Origin: Eledone cirrhosa
Taxonomy: Eukaryota
Reading direction: 5' to 3'
DNA: 64,000 nt
NCBI GenBank assembly: GCA_964016885.1
Contig: OZ024741.1
Location: forward strand, 280,178,001 to 280,242,000
Under the pieces are notes generated by a model, which was not told the DNA's origin, did not search any database, and was given only the letters and a program-made list of their open reading frames with translations. The position numbers were made by a program, and so were the translations under genes. Positions 13,121-25,249 of the stretch are shown piece by piece (the first letter of the stretch is position 1; each line of letters opens with the position of its first letter).

Positions 13121-13770
13121 GTCTGTACCAACGTATATGTGTATGTATATGTACATATATAGTGTTTTGAAAGAGCTTACGTGCGTGGGTGGGTGTATAT
13201 ATACACATGTACACCTATCTACAGTTACATCAAGTCTGTCAGTCCCATCCCCACATCGTATGTTGATCAGCTTCCCCCCCCCCACATACACATAATAGTA
13301 ATTCATCAAATAAAGTCATAGTCAAACAAACGCCATGACCTTCATGCCACTCACAAACACATTAGCACTCCTTAGTAGTTATCCTCATCAATAGCACAAC
13401 CTTGTAGCAATCTTCTCCATCACTGTACACCTCCACCCTACCCTATTCACCCATTCCCCATAAAGTCCTCAGTAGCAACGCCCTCCATCCCTGTGCACCC
13501 CTTCCACTACTACACCTTAGCAATTCTCAACATCATTACATACCCTCTTCAAATTTCTGACACACCTGTGACTACAACCCTCATGCCATCCACCACACAT
13601 GCATAAAATTATACTTATCTTTTTCTCATCCTGCACAGAGTAGAGATGACTCTTCAGTTAGGATAATAATCAACAACCTCTCTTGTGCTAGTGCCAAGAA
13701 AATACACCCAGTACACCGGTTAGCGATAGGAAGGGAATCCAGCTTGCCAAAAAAGGGTTGGGAGGACCCT

Positions 13771-13985
13771 TCAGTTGTAGGTTTTATATGTAGCCGATGC
13801 ATAGATGCAGTAAGTAGCAAGAGCCCACAGGATACTAGCTCTTTTAAATGAGAAGTACTTGATAGCTTCTGTTACCTGGGTGACTAAATTAGCAGTGGAG
13901 CTGGGTGTTCTGAAAGTAAAGCAGCCACAGAGTGAAAATGGGATGGAAAAAGAGCTACTTCTGTTGCTAGCTACAAAAAATGACC
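13771..13985 (+). mobile_element. RTE-clade LINE internal fragment
   Basis: Frame not in the ORF track: FICSRC...EVLDSFCYLGD*ISSGAGCSES...MGWKK/ELL, homologous to EVVDTFCYLSHVISNGGGCSES...GWKKFRELL at 30726-30977. Confidence 0.8.
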
Positions 13986-14252
13986 ACTTCCAGTCGATGT
14001 TTTCTGCTTTGATCACCAGCAAGTTATCATCATCACACAAAATACTATATAGACTGCCAGTACGTTTTGACTGAGTGCTATTGATGAAAGATTAATAAAT
14101 CTTGTAACAGCTGTCTGACATTCTCAAAATAGAGAAAAATATAATTTTTTCGTTTTGTTTTGTGGCGAAAAGAAAAATGTATTTTTCTTCAGCAGCAAGG
14201 CTACACATATGTTTATTGTATATGAGCGTATTATATACGTTTAAATATGTTT

Positions 14253-14283
<31 letters not shown>

Positions 14284-14826
14284 GTAAGATCCCATAACGC
14301 CAAACGGCGTGTCTAGGGCACTTTTAAACCTGGCGGAGCCCAACCCTCTCCAGTGTCTGAACACAGCCGATTTTTTTCTATAGAGGAAGAATCGACCCCA
14401 GTATTGGACTGATACTTTTTTTTATCGACCTCGTAAGGATGAAAGGCAAAGTAGACCCTGGCGGGGTTTTGAACTCAGAACGCGCAATGAGGTGGGACGA
14501 ATACCGTAAAGCATTCTATCCGACGTCTTAACGACTCTCTTTATTATATATACTAGCAGAAAAACCACCCTTAGGGTGGTTTTCTGCTATCATGTGTAGT
14601 GTGTATATTGATATTATACGCAGGTATATATACATGTAGATATGATACATCAAATAAAATCGTAATTGACAATATATAATACATAGAAATTGAACGAAGA
14701 CTGCGTTACACTGTCTTATTTAATCAGTAATGTAATCCATGATACATTAAAAAAGACGATATTATATATAAACTGCATTATGAGAAAATTAGTGACAGAA
14801 AATGAGTGTTTATTTAAGCGATCGCT

Positions 14827-14919
14827 ACCGGAAGTGTTGACATCACACACTCTCTCTTTCTATATATATGGTGGTTGTGGTGGCGACGATATACCGGAAG
14901 TGCAACTTTGAAAGGAAGT
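14827..14919 (+). promoter_or_regulatory. Paired ETS/GABP-type motifs in CpG-retaining DNA (candidate promoter, or part of a Helentron-like relic)
   Basis: ACCGGAAGTG at 14827-14836 and 14893-14902, AGGAAGT near 14913. Confidence 0.4.
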
Positions 14920-14969
14920 CAATTTTAAATTATTTTTGTTTGCGAAATTGAGTAGATAAATTATGTAAT

Positions 14970-15183
14970 ATTCATTCATTATTTATTCAAAGTAATCCAA
15001 CTTATTTTACAAACGGGATAAAAAAAATTAAAAAACCGTACGCAATCCCGCAGACCTTCCTTTATGATAGTTTAGATTCATTCATTATTTATTCAAAGTA
15101 ATCCAACTTATTTTACTAATGGAATAAAAAAAAAAATTATAAACCGTACGCAGTCCCGCGCTCCTTACTTTATTTTAGTTTAG
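14970..15183. repeat. Tandem duplication, ~106-108-bp unit x2
   Basis: ATTCATTCATTATTTATTCAAAGTAATCCAACTTATTTTAC...CCGTACGCA...AGTTTAG begins at 14970 and again at 15076. Confidence 0.93.
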
Positions 15184-15503
15184 ATAGAATGCTTTACGGT
15201 ATTCGTCCCACCTCATTGCGCGCTCTGAGTTCAAACCCCGCCAGGGTCTACTTTGCCTTTCATCCTTACGAGGTCGATAAAAAAAAGTATAAGTCCAGTA
15301 CTGGGGTCGATTCTTCCTCTATAGAAAAAATCGGCTGTGTTCAGACACTGGAGTGGGTTGGGCTCCGCCAGGTTTAAAAGTGCCCTAGACACGCCGTTTG
15401 GCGGTGTCTCTACGACTCAACAAGGAGTTATGGGATCTTACATATATATATAGAGAGAGAGATATGAAAAAATATTTAAACGTATCTAATACGCTCATAT
15501 ACA

Positions 15504-15561
<58 letters not shown>

Positions 15562-16003
15562 CTGAACAACACTATTGAAAATATAATTAACATGACTAAT
15601 TTTTTCACGTCAAGTAAAGCATTCAGATTGATTTTGAATATTTTTGTATATAAACTATAAACAGAACTTAATGTTTTGTAGTTTACTAAAAAATAATAAT
15701 TCAACTTGCCAGAAAATCTTGTATATAAATATTTAATAGACACAGCAAGACATCTACAGTAATTTTGTGGCTAAAAACATGGTTCACCTAACCCAATACA
15801 TATTCAATATGTATATTTGATTACATGGTGTACACTGTGAGAACTTGTCATTCTATATTATGGAGTTGTTAAAGTAGAGATATTTTAGAAAGTTGTATGC
15901 AAAGTTGAAGAGGCATGTAGTGGGTACCAAATTCCAATGGGTCAGTCTACTGAGGTGGGGGTCGTCCAGACGATGGGTTTTCCAGATTTCAGAATGCATT
16001 TCG

Positions 16004-16290
16004 AGGCGGCGAATAGGCAGAGTCATTAGAACGTCAGATGCAGTGCTTTACAATATTTGTTTCGGCTCTTTGCCCTCTCAATTCAAATCCCGCCGAAGTC
16101 AACTTTGCCTTTGATCCATTCAAGGTCGATAAAAAAAAGTATCAGTCTAGTACTAGATGGATTCTTTCTCTTTATCTCTCTCATTATCTAACCCTCGCTG
16201 GAAAAAATTCTGCTGTACTCAGGCCTAGAGAGGGATAGGCTCCGCCAGGTTTAAAATCTACATCAAGAGTAAGAGGACCATACCATACCA
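16004..16290 (+). mobile_element. tRNA-derived SINE (GCCTTTCATCC-core family, long tail) flanked by ~115-bp direct repeats
   Basis: GGCGGCGAATAGGCAG head, TTCAAATCCCGCCGAAG B-box region, core and tail; flanks ~15871-15986 and ~16290-16398 are homologous. Confidence 0.8.
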
Positions 16291-17124
16291 AAGTAGAGAT
16301 ATTTTAGAAACTTGTATGGAAAGTTGAAGAGGCACGAGAGAGAGTGCCAGTCAATGGGTCAGTCCACTGACGGGGAGTCCAGACGACGGGTTTTCCAGCA
16401 TGTAAGACTGTATTTAATGAAATCAGAACAAGTTGTTTACATTTCACTCTTGAGGTTAACATAGTCATTGAATGATTGCAGTCGTTGGAGAATTTGGCTA
16501 TTTTCAATAGTAAGAAAACCTGCATCTGCTGAATTCATTGATATAGGCTTATTAAAGTTTCTCAAGCATTCCCCAATGGTAAGAAAGTCAGGGGAGCTGG
16601 ACACCAGGTCTTCGGAGTGGCTGATCTTAATGGAATGTCTACTGAAGATTTTATTGTTATAGTGGCAAATGTTTATCTACCAGAGCCCGGCATTTCTTAA
16701 GATTAGCAACTTTACATAGAATAATGGAGACCATCTTTTGGTCTACTTGAAGACATTGTTAGACATTGTTGCCATTGAGACACCTACTGACGGCGGTTCA
16801 CTTTATTCATTCCGTGTTCTCTCTGTCCTCGTGTTTCTTGCTGTTCTGTTGGTAATTCGCTTCACACATTTTGTGTTCTTCAAGGCTTATTTCTGGCTGA
16901 TGAAAAGTCTAAAAAATTAAAAATAAAATAAAATAAATTCAAATAATAGCTACAGTGAAATAAGTTGATTTTTCAATGTTTCACTAGTATCTCTGTTCAA
17001 ATAACTGGTTTTCAGTGGGGAAATGGGTTGGGGTGTAAAAACAATATGTATTTATAACAACGATTATCTGCGTGGGGAGTCAATCATTGAAAATGTAAAA
17101 AATATATATGAATAAAAAAAGATA

Positions 17125-17185
17125 ATATATGAATGTTGATAGATACACAACACTATGCATTGTGTATCTATCAACATTCATATAT
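17125..17185. repeat. 26-bp-arm perfect hairpin next to (TA)n
   Basis: ATATATGAATGTTGATAGATACACAA, 9-nt loop, TTGTGTATCTATCAACATTCATATAT. Confidence 0.92.
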
Positions 17186-17193
17186 ATATATGT

Positions 17194-17228
<35 letters not shown>

Positions 17229-17251
17229 ACTATCTATCTACATACATAAAT

Positions 17252-17285
<34 letters not shown>

Positions 17286-17329
17286 CAACTTTTTAAATGG
17301 AAGTTGAAGTTGAAAGGTATGTCGAATCT

Positions 17330-17425
17330 ATCTATTTATAAGACTGTTTATATTGTATTTTGTCTGAAGAAGGCATAACATATTTTTAATATATCCCTGA
17401 AATATATATAATGAAATAAATATGG
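17330..17425 (+). mobile_element. Penelope-like pseudo-LTR relic with degenerate hammerhead core
   Basis: TATTTATAAG, then CTGAAGA (17364) ... GAAA (17399), then AATAAA (~17415). Confidence 0.45.
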
Positions 17426-17544
17426 TTTTATAAATATAGTTTCCATTTATTTAATATCGTAAATATACTCCAAATACTTGTTGAGTGCTTTTATATCAGT
17501 TATAAATATTTACACGTTGTAACCCAACAATTTAAATAAAACTT

Positions 17545-17606
<62 letters not shown>

Positions 17607-18644
17607 TGTGTGTCTATCTATGTACATGTATGTTTGTGTATACGTATCTGGTTTTTACCTAACAATAAAAAAAATTGTAGTGCTAATAATTACGTAATAA
17701 GAAATCTTTATCTTCACGTTTATGCCACATACCTTCAGCCACAGTTTTCATTAATGAATCTTGCTGTACTTTTAAAACGTGACCTTTAAACTGTATATAA
17801 CAAAATTGGTGCATAACCAATTGTTTTTGTGTGCTTAGTGGCCTTAAAGTATTTCTGCCACTCAATTTATCTCACAAAATGTAGCCGTCGAGAAATAATA
17901 CTACTTTCTGTTCCACTTCCTTCCCTTCACAGTTGTTAATGAGGCTTTTGGCCTTGTGGATTTCTTCTATCTTTCATGTTACCTTGTGATTTATGTAAAA
18001 TCGCCCAAATGCATGCAGCTGTTTGTCTAGAGATAGGTGAGACACAACCTGTATGCGTGGTGTTGTTAGCTGTATGTGTATGAGTTTAGTTTCTTTGTAA
18101 GATATAAATACAGCTCTTCTTACTCTTATCGATATTCCTATAATGGAAGATTGCCACGAAAGTGAGTTGTTGAAAACAATCAACTTATTACTCACATCTG
18201 ATTAACTATCTAAAAACTGCAAAGTACTTAAAAATAGCATTTGAAAATGAAAGCTTTAACCACCTTTTTTTGTTGTTTCGTTATTTTTAACCTTTCATAT
18301 GAGTACCATGATATTCTCTACTTTCAAGATCTATTTAAAATATAATCAGTCGTTCACCCCCACTTCACTCCGCCAACCACTCTATTGTTTTCTATTTCTC
18401 CAGTATTCAACTATTGATATTTGTGTGGAGGGTGATGGGATTTGCAGAAATACTAACGATGCTACTATTATATTTTAATTAACCCTTTTTATCTTTATCC
18501 GAATTCACCCCCCCCCCCCCCCACACACACACACCTAGTAGTGGACAGAATAAATACCAGTCATACAACGAGTACACTGGTCTCCCACTAGTGTACAGAT
18601 CAATATTTGTTCAGAAGTAATGTGAAATTCAGAACCCAACTATA

Positions 18645-18750
18645 ATGGTATATAAGCCCGTTGGTTACGTATTTCCTTGTGCTTGTTTAGATGATATATA
18701 TATACCCCTTCTGGTGAGGATCCAATTAGATCTGAAAATAAATTAAAAGG
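18645..18750 (+). mobile_element. Penelope-like pseudo-LTR relic with hammerhead-like core
   Basis: TATATAAG, then CTGGTGA-GGATC-CAATTA-GATCT-GAAA (18711-18737, stem II intact), then AATAAA. Confidence 0.5.
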
Positions 18751-20524
18751 TATTTATAGGTTGTTTTTTTTTCAATTTACAGGGAAATATATTTGGGATG
18801 CTTATATATCTATACACTAAAATGTGTAAAGTTATATGCACATTTACGCATTCTCGGTCAACTCTACATTGTATGTATATATCTTCAGATGTAACTTTAG
18901 TATTTTATTTAATCCATAGCTGTCAACATTTAACACATACATACATATACCGCTTTGTGGCATGTTGCTGGGGATGCACCTGCATCTCCATCCACCCCTA
19001 AAAATATTGTTGTTGGAAAATTTGGTTTTGTCGGAAAATTCTTAAATTTTCAAAAAATATTGTATACTTTGCTGGTTTATTTTAATTACACAAAACATTT
19101 GGTGTGCATAAACATTTTTATCACAAAATTATGAACGTCTCCCCCCCCCAAAATGTTAGGAGCAAATACACTATGTCTATTACATAATTACATGAAAATA
19201 TAGAATCAAGACGAAAGAAAAGTCAAACGGCAAATGTGTCAATCGGTCAGACACTACAATGGATGCCGTGTCTCCCTCTAATACCGCGAGAGATAGCAAG
19301 GTCCTAAAAACCGTTCCAGATCAACTTTGCCTTTCTTTCACCCTGGTAGTGAACAGAATAAATACCAGTCATCCACTGGTACACTAACGTCAGTTCCAAC
19401 CACTAGACCTGTCTCCTACCAATGTGTGGTATTGTACCAATATACAATTGTTGAGAAGAAATGAACTGAAATAATGCGAAATTGTTTTGTTTTGTTTTTC
19501 TAGTTTAGGAGATAGGGGCATTATTACTGACTTCCGCAGCTCCCTCTCATATAAATGAGATTGATATGGTTGATGTTCAGTTTGAACATACATCTATAAT
19601 TGTTTCTAACATAGGCAAAAGGCATGATAGATGGTCGATTAAATCGACCTCAATACTTTACTGATACTTTATTTTATCGACTCCAGAAAAATAAAAAGCA
19701 TAGATGACCTCTAAATGCTACAAAGGATTTTGTCCGACGCTCAAACGATTCCGCCAATCCGATCAACATATATCTATTATAATAAAGACGTATCCGAGGG
19801 CCAGGGAGAATGAGTGTAGAGTAGTCATAATTGCTTCTACTTTTGGCACAAGGCCAGCAATTATCCCAGTGCACTTTATTTTATCTACCCCGTAAGGATG
19901 AAAGGCAAAGTTAACCTCGGCGGGATTTGAACTCAGATCATAAGGGGCCGTAACTTTATGTAGAGAGTAGTCATAATATCATTTTAACAGCTTACAAGTT
20001 CTATTGCTTCTTCTCGCGGTTAGTTTTCATTTATCCAATCCATGACTTAGTTTCTACTCCAGTTACGTGTCTCACAGTTGCACGGTGAAATGCGCTGGGT
20101 TGGCAGAGTCGTTAGATTGTTGGACAAATGCTTACAAGTATTTATTTCAACTCTTTACATTCTGAGTTCAAATACCGCCGAGGTCAACTTTATTTTATCG
20201 ACCCTTGAAGGATGAAATGCAAAATTGCGAGATTTAAACCACGAATGTAAAAAGCCATACGAAAAAGATCCCGTAGCAAGACTTACTGAGACATAATTAA
20301 GTCCAGCTAAGTGATCCATATCTGATCACATGGTTGTCCACTCATTAGAGAAGGGATCTTGTAGAAATATCACTTGTTCCTTCATCTCATCAAATCTGAG
20401 TCTATGTAGCTAGGGTTATGTAATAGCATCTTTCACCAACTTCTTTTGCTTTCCGTCTCCATCGCGTTAGATTTTTTTTAACACGGCTAGTATCTATCAT
20501 ATGTAACTTGAATTCATTTCTCAC

Positions 20525-20735
20525 CATCATCATGGTCCCTTAACCCTTTTCGGGGTCGTGGGACACTGCAGTGTCGAACGCTGCACTAACTTCCTCCATC
20601 TCTAGCAGTCTAGAGCGAGTGTTTGGGTTGTGGCAAAGTTCTTTCCCGTCCACCCAGATATGTTGACTATCCACCGCTTCCACTATGTGCCCCGCCTTCT
20701 CTTTCCCCGCATTGTTCCTTGGAGTATCGTCTTAT
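20525..20735 (-). mobile_element. Second RTE family (BovB-like C terminus), 3' end
   Basis: Minus translation KTILQGTMRGKRRR-fs-KRWIVNISGWTGKNFATTQTLALDC*RWRKLV, then a (TGA)n tail. Confidence 0.8.
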
Positions 20736-21739
20736 AGAGTCGAGCGGACTCTAAGACAGTTCTTTTTTTTTATCATTCAATAAATAGTATTTATTAGGTG
20801 GCGAATTGGCAGTCGTTAGGGCGTTGGGTTTTATAATGCCTCAATATTTGTCCCAGCTCTGTGCTCCGAGTCCAAATACCGCTGAGGTCAACTTTGCCTT
20901 TCTCTTTTCGAGGTCGATAAATAGAGTTCGGGTCGATTCTTTCTGGGTTTTTTTCTGGAAGAAATGAGCTGCGTTCCGACTTGGAGAGGAATGGGTTCCG
21001 CTGGGTTTAGAATACCCAATATATATCGTATGTCTGGACGGCGCCCCCACTACTCCACCAGGAGTTAAAAGTCCTTTACTAGGACTGTCTTGTTTAAACA
21101 TCAATTTCAGAACATTTATTCATGGTATTAGGTGATCGTCTTAGCTTTTGCCTACCCTTCAAATCACACCTTATCGCCGTAGATAAGGAAGGACACATTG
21201 ATAATCTATTTTTGAAAAATAAAAATTAACGGGGTCCTAGAACTCCCACGAACATAAATCAGCACAATCAGAGCCGACTCGGGACTGCTCAACATCAACC
21301 AAATGTATATAGAAACTTTCCCCCATTGCCAGTAGGTTGTCATGTTTTCTGTATCATCTTATATTTCGTATATAAGCTTAGAGACCTACATTCTCCAAAA
21401 GGAAATGGGAAAGCGGAAAGGCCACCTACCTCTTTCCTCCCCCAGCCCCTTCCCAGCAACATGAATGAAATGAAAAGGTTTATATTCCCAAATGAAATCG
21501 GGTCACGAACTCGGATTGCAAAAAAAGATAAAAAAAACTCCCCAAAACTTACGTCTACCCGACACAGTCGTTTCACCAACAATAAACCATCACATTGATA
21601 TGTCTCGTTACTTATTAGTATAATTTCTGTGAAACTCATTTCTTTCTTTCTGTATGTGTCGGCAGTGTTTCTAAAAACAAAAAATGTTCAGTGCGAACTT
21701 CTTAATGTTGCCTTTATATTATGTACGTTTGTTTGGGAA

Positions 21740-22894
21740 GAAGGAGAGGACGATGGGGAGGCGACGAAAATATATCTTCTTTAGCTTGTCTGAAACTGAT
21801 TAAGCAGCTATACCGCCGCCTTTCAGATACAGCATACAGCTTTATGTAAACATTGCCTGGTTGAGTCTGGCTGAACATTAATGGAATGCTCAAACAGAAG
21901 CCAAGCTCTGAAGGGTTTTAGTATTAGCAGATAAAGAAAGGCAGGAAGGATAGAAAGAAAGAAAGCTAGCACTAATGATTCTTGTCAGCCTTCAGAGCTT
22001 GACTGCCGAAGCCAGCCCTCTACTTCAAAGAAGGACATGTTGACCTAAATAAACTGCATGACTAAGCTATTAAACCAGTCAGTTGTATTGATTTAAAGGC
22101 AACAGTGAACAATTATAGTAGTAGTGGTAGTATTACTGGTTGTAATAGTAGTAGTATTAGTGGTGGTGATAGTAATAGTGGTAGTAGTGATAAGGATGCC
22201 GTTGTGTGTGAGTGCGCGCGCGCGATAAGTGATGACAACATCAGTTGGATGCAGCTGCTATTTGCCAGTGTCTCGGCAGGCTGCATCATAAAACTATTAT
22301 ACCTTAACATATTCATAGAAAGAGAGAGAACATCCCTCCTTCTTTCTCTCTATCGAGAAAGAGTAAGACACATAGATATTGAGAGAGAGAGACAGACAGA
22401 CACACAGATACCGAGAGAGTTAGTGAGTAGAACCTGTAGCTACTTGCTATAAAGCTTTGGTCGTTACTACAACTATTGATTTCTTTTGACTGAGCACACA
22501 AGGTCATTTCTTTTAGGGAAGGAAGGGATATATATATATATAAATGTAATCAGTTGAATACAGTAACCGTGTGTATCACTGGTACTGTTTTTTTCTTTTG
22601 TTTTTGTTTTCTGTTAACTATGGTGGGAAATTGAGAACTGTAAAAAAAGTTAACGTGAACTATATATATTAAAACACCCTGTCCAGTGTTTCTTACTGTC
22701 ATTTGCAGTCACCACCACCACTACCTTTTACTATTTAACACCACCACCACTCCTACTATTTCATTGCTTTATCATGACAGAGCTTGTGGTAGGAGTACTT
22801 TCATAGGAATTTTTATTACGTTTTCTACTCCTGTGTGTTCTTAAAAACAACAACACAAAACAAACTAACGATCAAAAACAATATTTCTAAATAG
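21740..22894 (+). promoter_or_regulatory. Candidate proximal promoter and non-coding first exon of a large plus-strand gene
   Basis: About 1.1 kb free of recognisable interspersed repeats, CpG-retaining (CGCGCGCG at ~22214), forkhead-type GTAAACA at 21846, GA/GACA tracts, splice donor AG|GTATGG after 22894; no long ORF. Confidence 0.45.
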
Positions 22895-24119
22895 GTATGG
22901 TTACCTTCTCTTTTTTTAAAATTTTTCTCTACCCATTTTTCTTTTTGTTTTCAAAATGATATCAAATCCTTAACATATGTCTCTGAAACATCACTGTTTA
23001 AACAAACATTCTTCTCTATTTATCTGTTTCCGTCGGTTTTTGCCATTAAAAAAAAATGCGTGTATATATATATATATATATATATATTTCTCCTGACATA
23101 TGTGCTCTTAGCATCTCTGTTTCATCAATGGCTTTTACAGTTTTTTAACTTTTTAAACTTAAAAAGTATATATATTTCGTAGGGGAAGGGGTGAAATTGT
23201 TGCTTTCTGGTGTAAATCTTTTGAACTATTTCCGCAAAAGCGTGTGTTTGTGTATATATATATATAGTCATGAATAATTCATTGCTTTCAAGTTATTCAA
23301 TTTACTGTGTTCAGTCGGTCGTTAATGTTTTGACTTTTTTTCCCGGTGAGAACACTGGGCAGATTTTGTCTGTTAGATCCATTGACTTTAATGAATATAT
23401 ATATATATATCAAATCCCTAATCTTTCTTATTAATTTATTGCCGCTTTGCTCCTCAATTGAAACAATTCTTTCTCCAATTAAAGTGGTTTTAGTTTAATA
23501 CGATATTGTACTATGATGATTAAAGCGAGGTTTCTTTGACGGATGGAGTTTTAAGATAATATTAAGTTAGCTAACTTTAATTTAGCAACTGAAGTTGACT
23601 AAATAAGTGCAAAACGTGTTATTGGTAGCCCTTATTTTCTGAATTTCAAGTAACTCTTGACGATTTATTGATGCTCTGAAATATTTCGAAAAATTCCTCT
23701 CTCTCTCTCTATACGATCCACATGTGAAATAAATATCATATTGCTACTTATTCACTTTACATGTTTATTAACCTAAAATATATGGAACAGGTGAGAGGGT
23801 GTCCCAAGTTCAAACTTTACACTGTCGTCTGAAACGAATATTTTTCTTATATTATAGGCATATGTTAGCATTGATCTTGATTGAATTCCATATTTTTGAC
23901 GGTTGCTGTTGGAATATATAGTTCTTGTTTCACAGATTACACACGCACTGTGTGTAATTTGTATAAAGTTGCTGATTCACTCTTTAACCTACTCGGAATT
24001 ATACGCAATACGTTCGTTCAAGTGTGTAACAACGTACAAATGACACTGCGTCAGATTTTACACACTTGTACCTCAAACATGTATGAGCACTTTATTTAAA
24101 CACTTTTACCACAAATATG

Positions 24120-24312
24120 TATTAGCCACTTTCATATTTTACGCACTTTTACTACCACCTTGTATTAGCCACTTTCATATTTACATACTTTTATTACCAC
24201 CCTGTATTAGCCACTTTCATATTTACATACTTTTACTACCACCCTGCATTAGCCACTTTCATATTTACATACTTTTACTATCAACATGGTATTAGCCACT
24301 TTCTTATTTACA
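24120..24312. repeat. 42-bp minisatellite, ~4.5 copies
   Basis: TATTAGCCACTTTCATATTTACATACTTTTA(C/T)TACCACCCTG starts at 24120, 24163, 24205, 24247 and 24289. Confidence 0.95.
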
Positions 24313-24666
24313 CACATAAACCACAACACAAATTTCAAATCGAAAGACGAAGGTAGGGCGATCTTGGAGTATAACGTGCCGTTTTCACTTCCACAAACTA
24401 GTTTCTAGTTAAGTTTTACAAATGAATATCATTCATGTTAAACAAATTGATTATTGTTCATTGATAACAAGGAGAATTTTGGGCCACACAAAACAAAAAC
24501 GAAAACTGGGGAAATGTCAGCAAAGGGGAATGATAAATAAGATAGATAAGTCCGCAGAAATTATTCTAAAGGATGAATATGAAAAAAAAAGACTGTTTTA
24601 TCTTCATAAAATTACATGTGTATACCTACCTACCAAAGTCCGTAACTCTACAGCTATAGACACCAT

Positions 24667-24697
<31 letters not shown>

Positions 24698-25084
24698 ATT
24701 ACATATACTTTATATGTACAATATAATAAAAGCTTATTTAGTTTAGAAATGGTGGAGGACTTTATCAGGTTGTTTACTTAAGGATTAACTCTAGTTACAC
24801 ATTTAAGATGGATTAATATATATTTCTTTTTTTTTAAATTATGTTCATAATCACCGTGATAATTAATCTCTAAATAAGAACATTTTAAATCTCACTTCTC
24901 CGGTTTATGAATGTTCAATTTGCCTTTATATTTTGATTTATATTCAATTTTATTCTGTCGAACCTCATAGACCGTTAAGAGTTAATTTAGAAACTTGTAT
25001 ATATAGTGTGAGTGTATATAGTATATTTATAGTGATATTGTGGTTTTCCAACATAAATCTTGGTATATATATATATATATATAT

Positions 25085-25185
25085 AAGGGGCACTTGCCAC
25101 AAAAAGTGAAGTCACAACCTTTTGATTGAATAAAATGATTATTGATAGCAAAGTTATAACTTGATATACACATACACACACACAC

Positions 25186-25249
<64 letters not shown>

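Larger units (their letters stand above)
14212..15508. repeat. Inverted duplication (~310-bp arms, 14212-14520 and 15183-15508) of a SINE plus its unique flank
   Basis: Arms are near-identical reverse complements, including the non-SINE flank TTTATTGTATATGAGCGTATT...; the left arm lacks ~24 nt present in the right. Confidence 0.92.

Noticed and set aside
13859-14074. Host exon or ORF next to the CpG-rich zone
   Set aside because: An alternative frame matches the RTE FCYLG...GWKK region, so it is a LINE fragment
22258-22282. Iron-responsive element (CAGTGT loop)
   Set aside because: The five bases on each side (TTTGC/CTCGG) do not pair and the bulged C is misplaced
22105-22452. 115-aa Ser-rich ORF
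   Set aside because: It is kept open by (AGT)n and (GA)n simple repeats; no recognisable domain
22774-22806. Hydrophobic micropeptide starting MTELVVGVL
   Set aside because: Careful reading gives a stop after 10 codons; at most a uORF
24120-24312. CRISPR-like regular repeats, or a repeat protein (LLLPPCISHFHIYI)n
   Set aside because: Units are contiguous with no unique spacers, there are no cas genes and the context is eukaryotic; an ordinary 42-bp minisatellite
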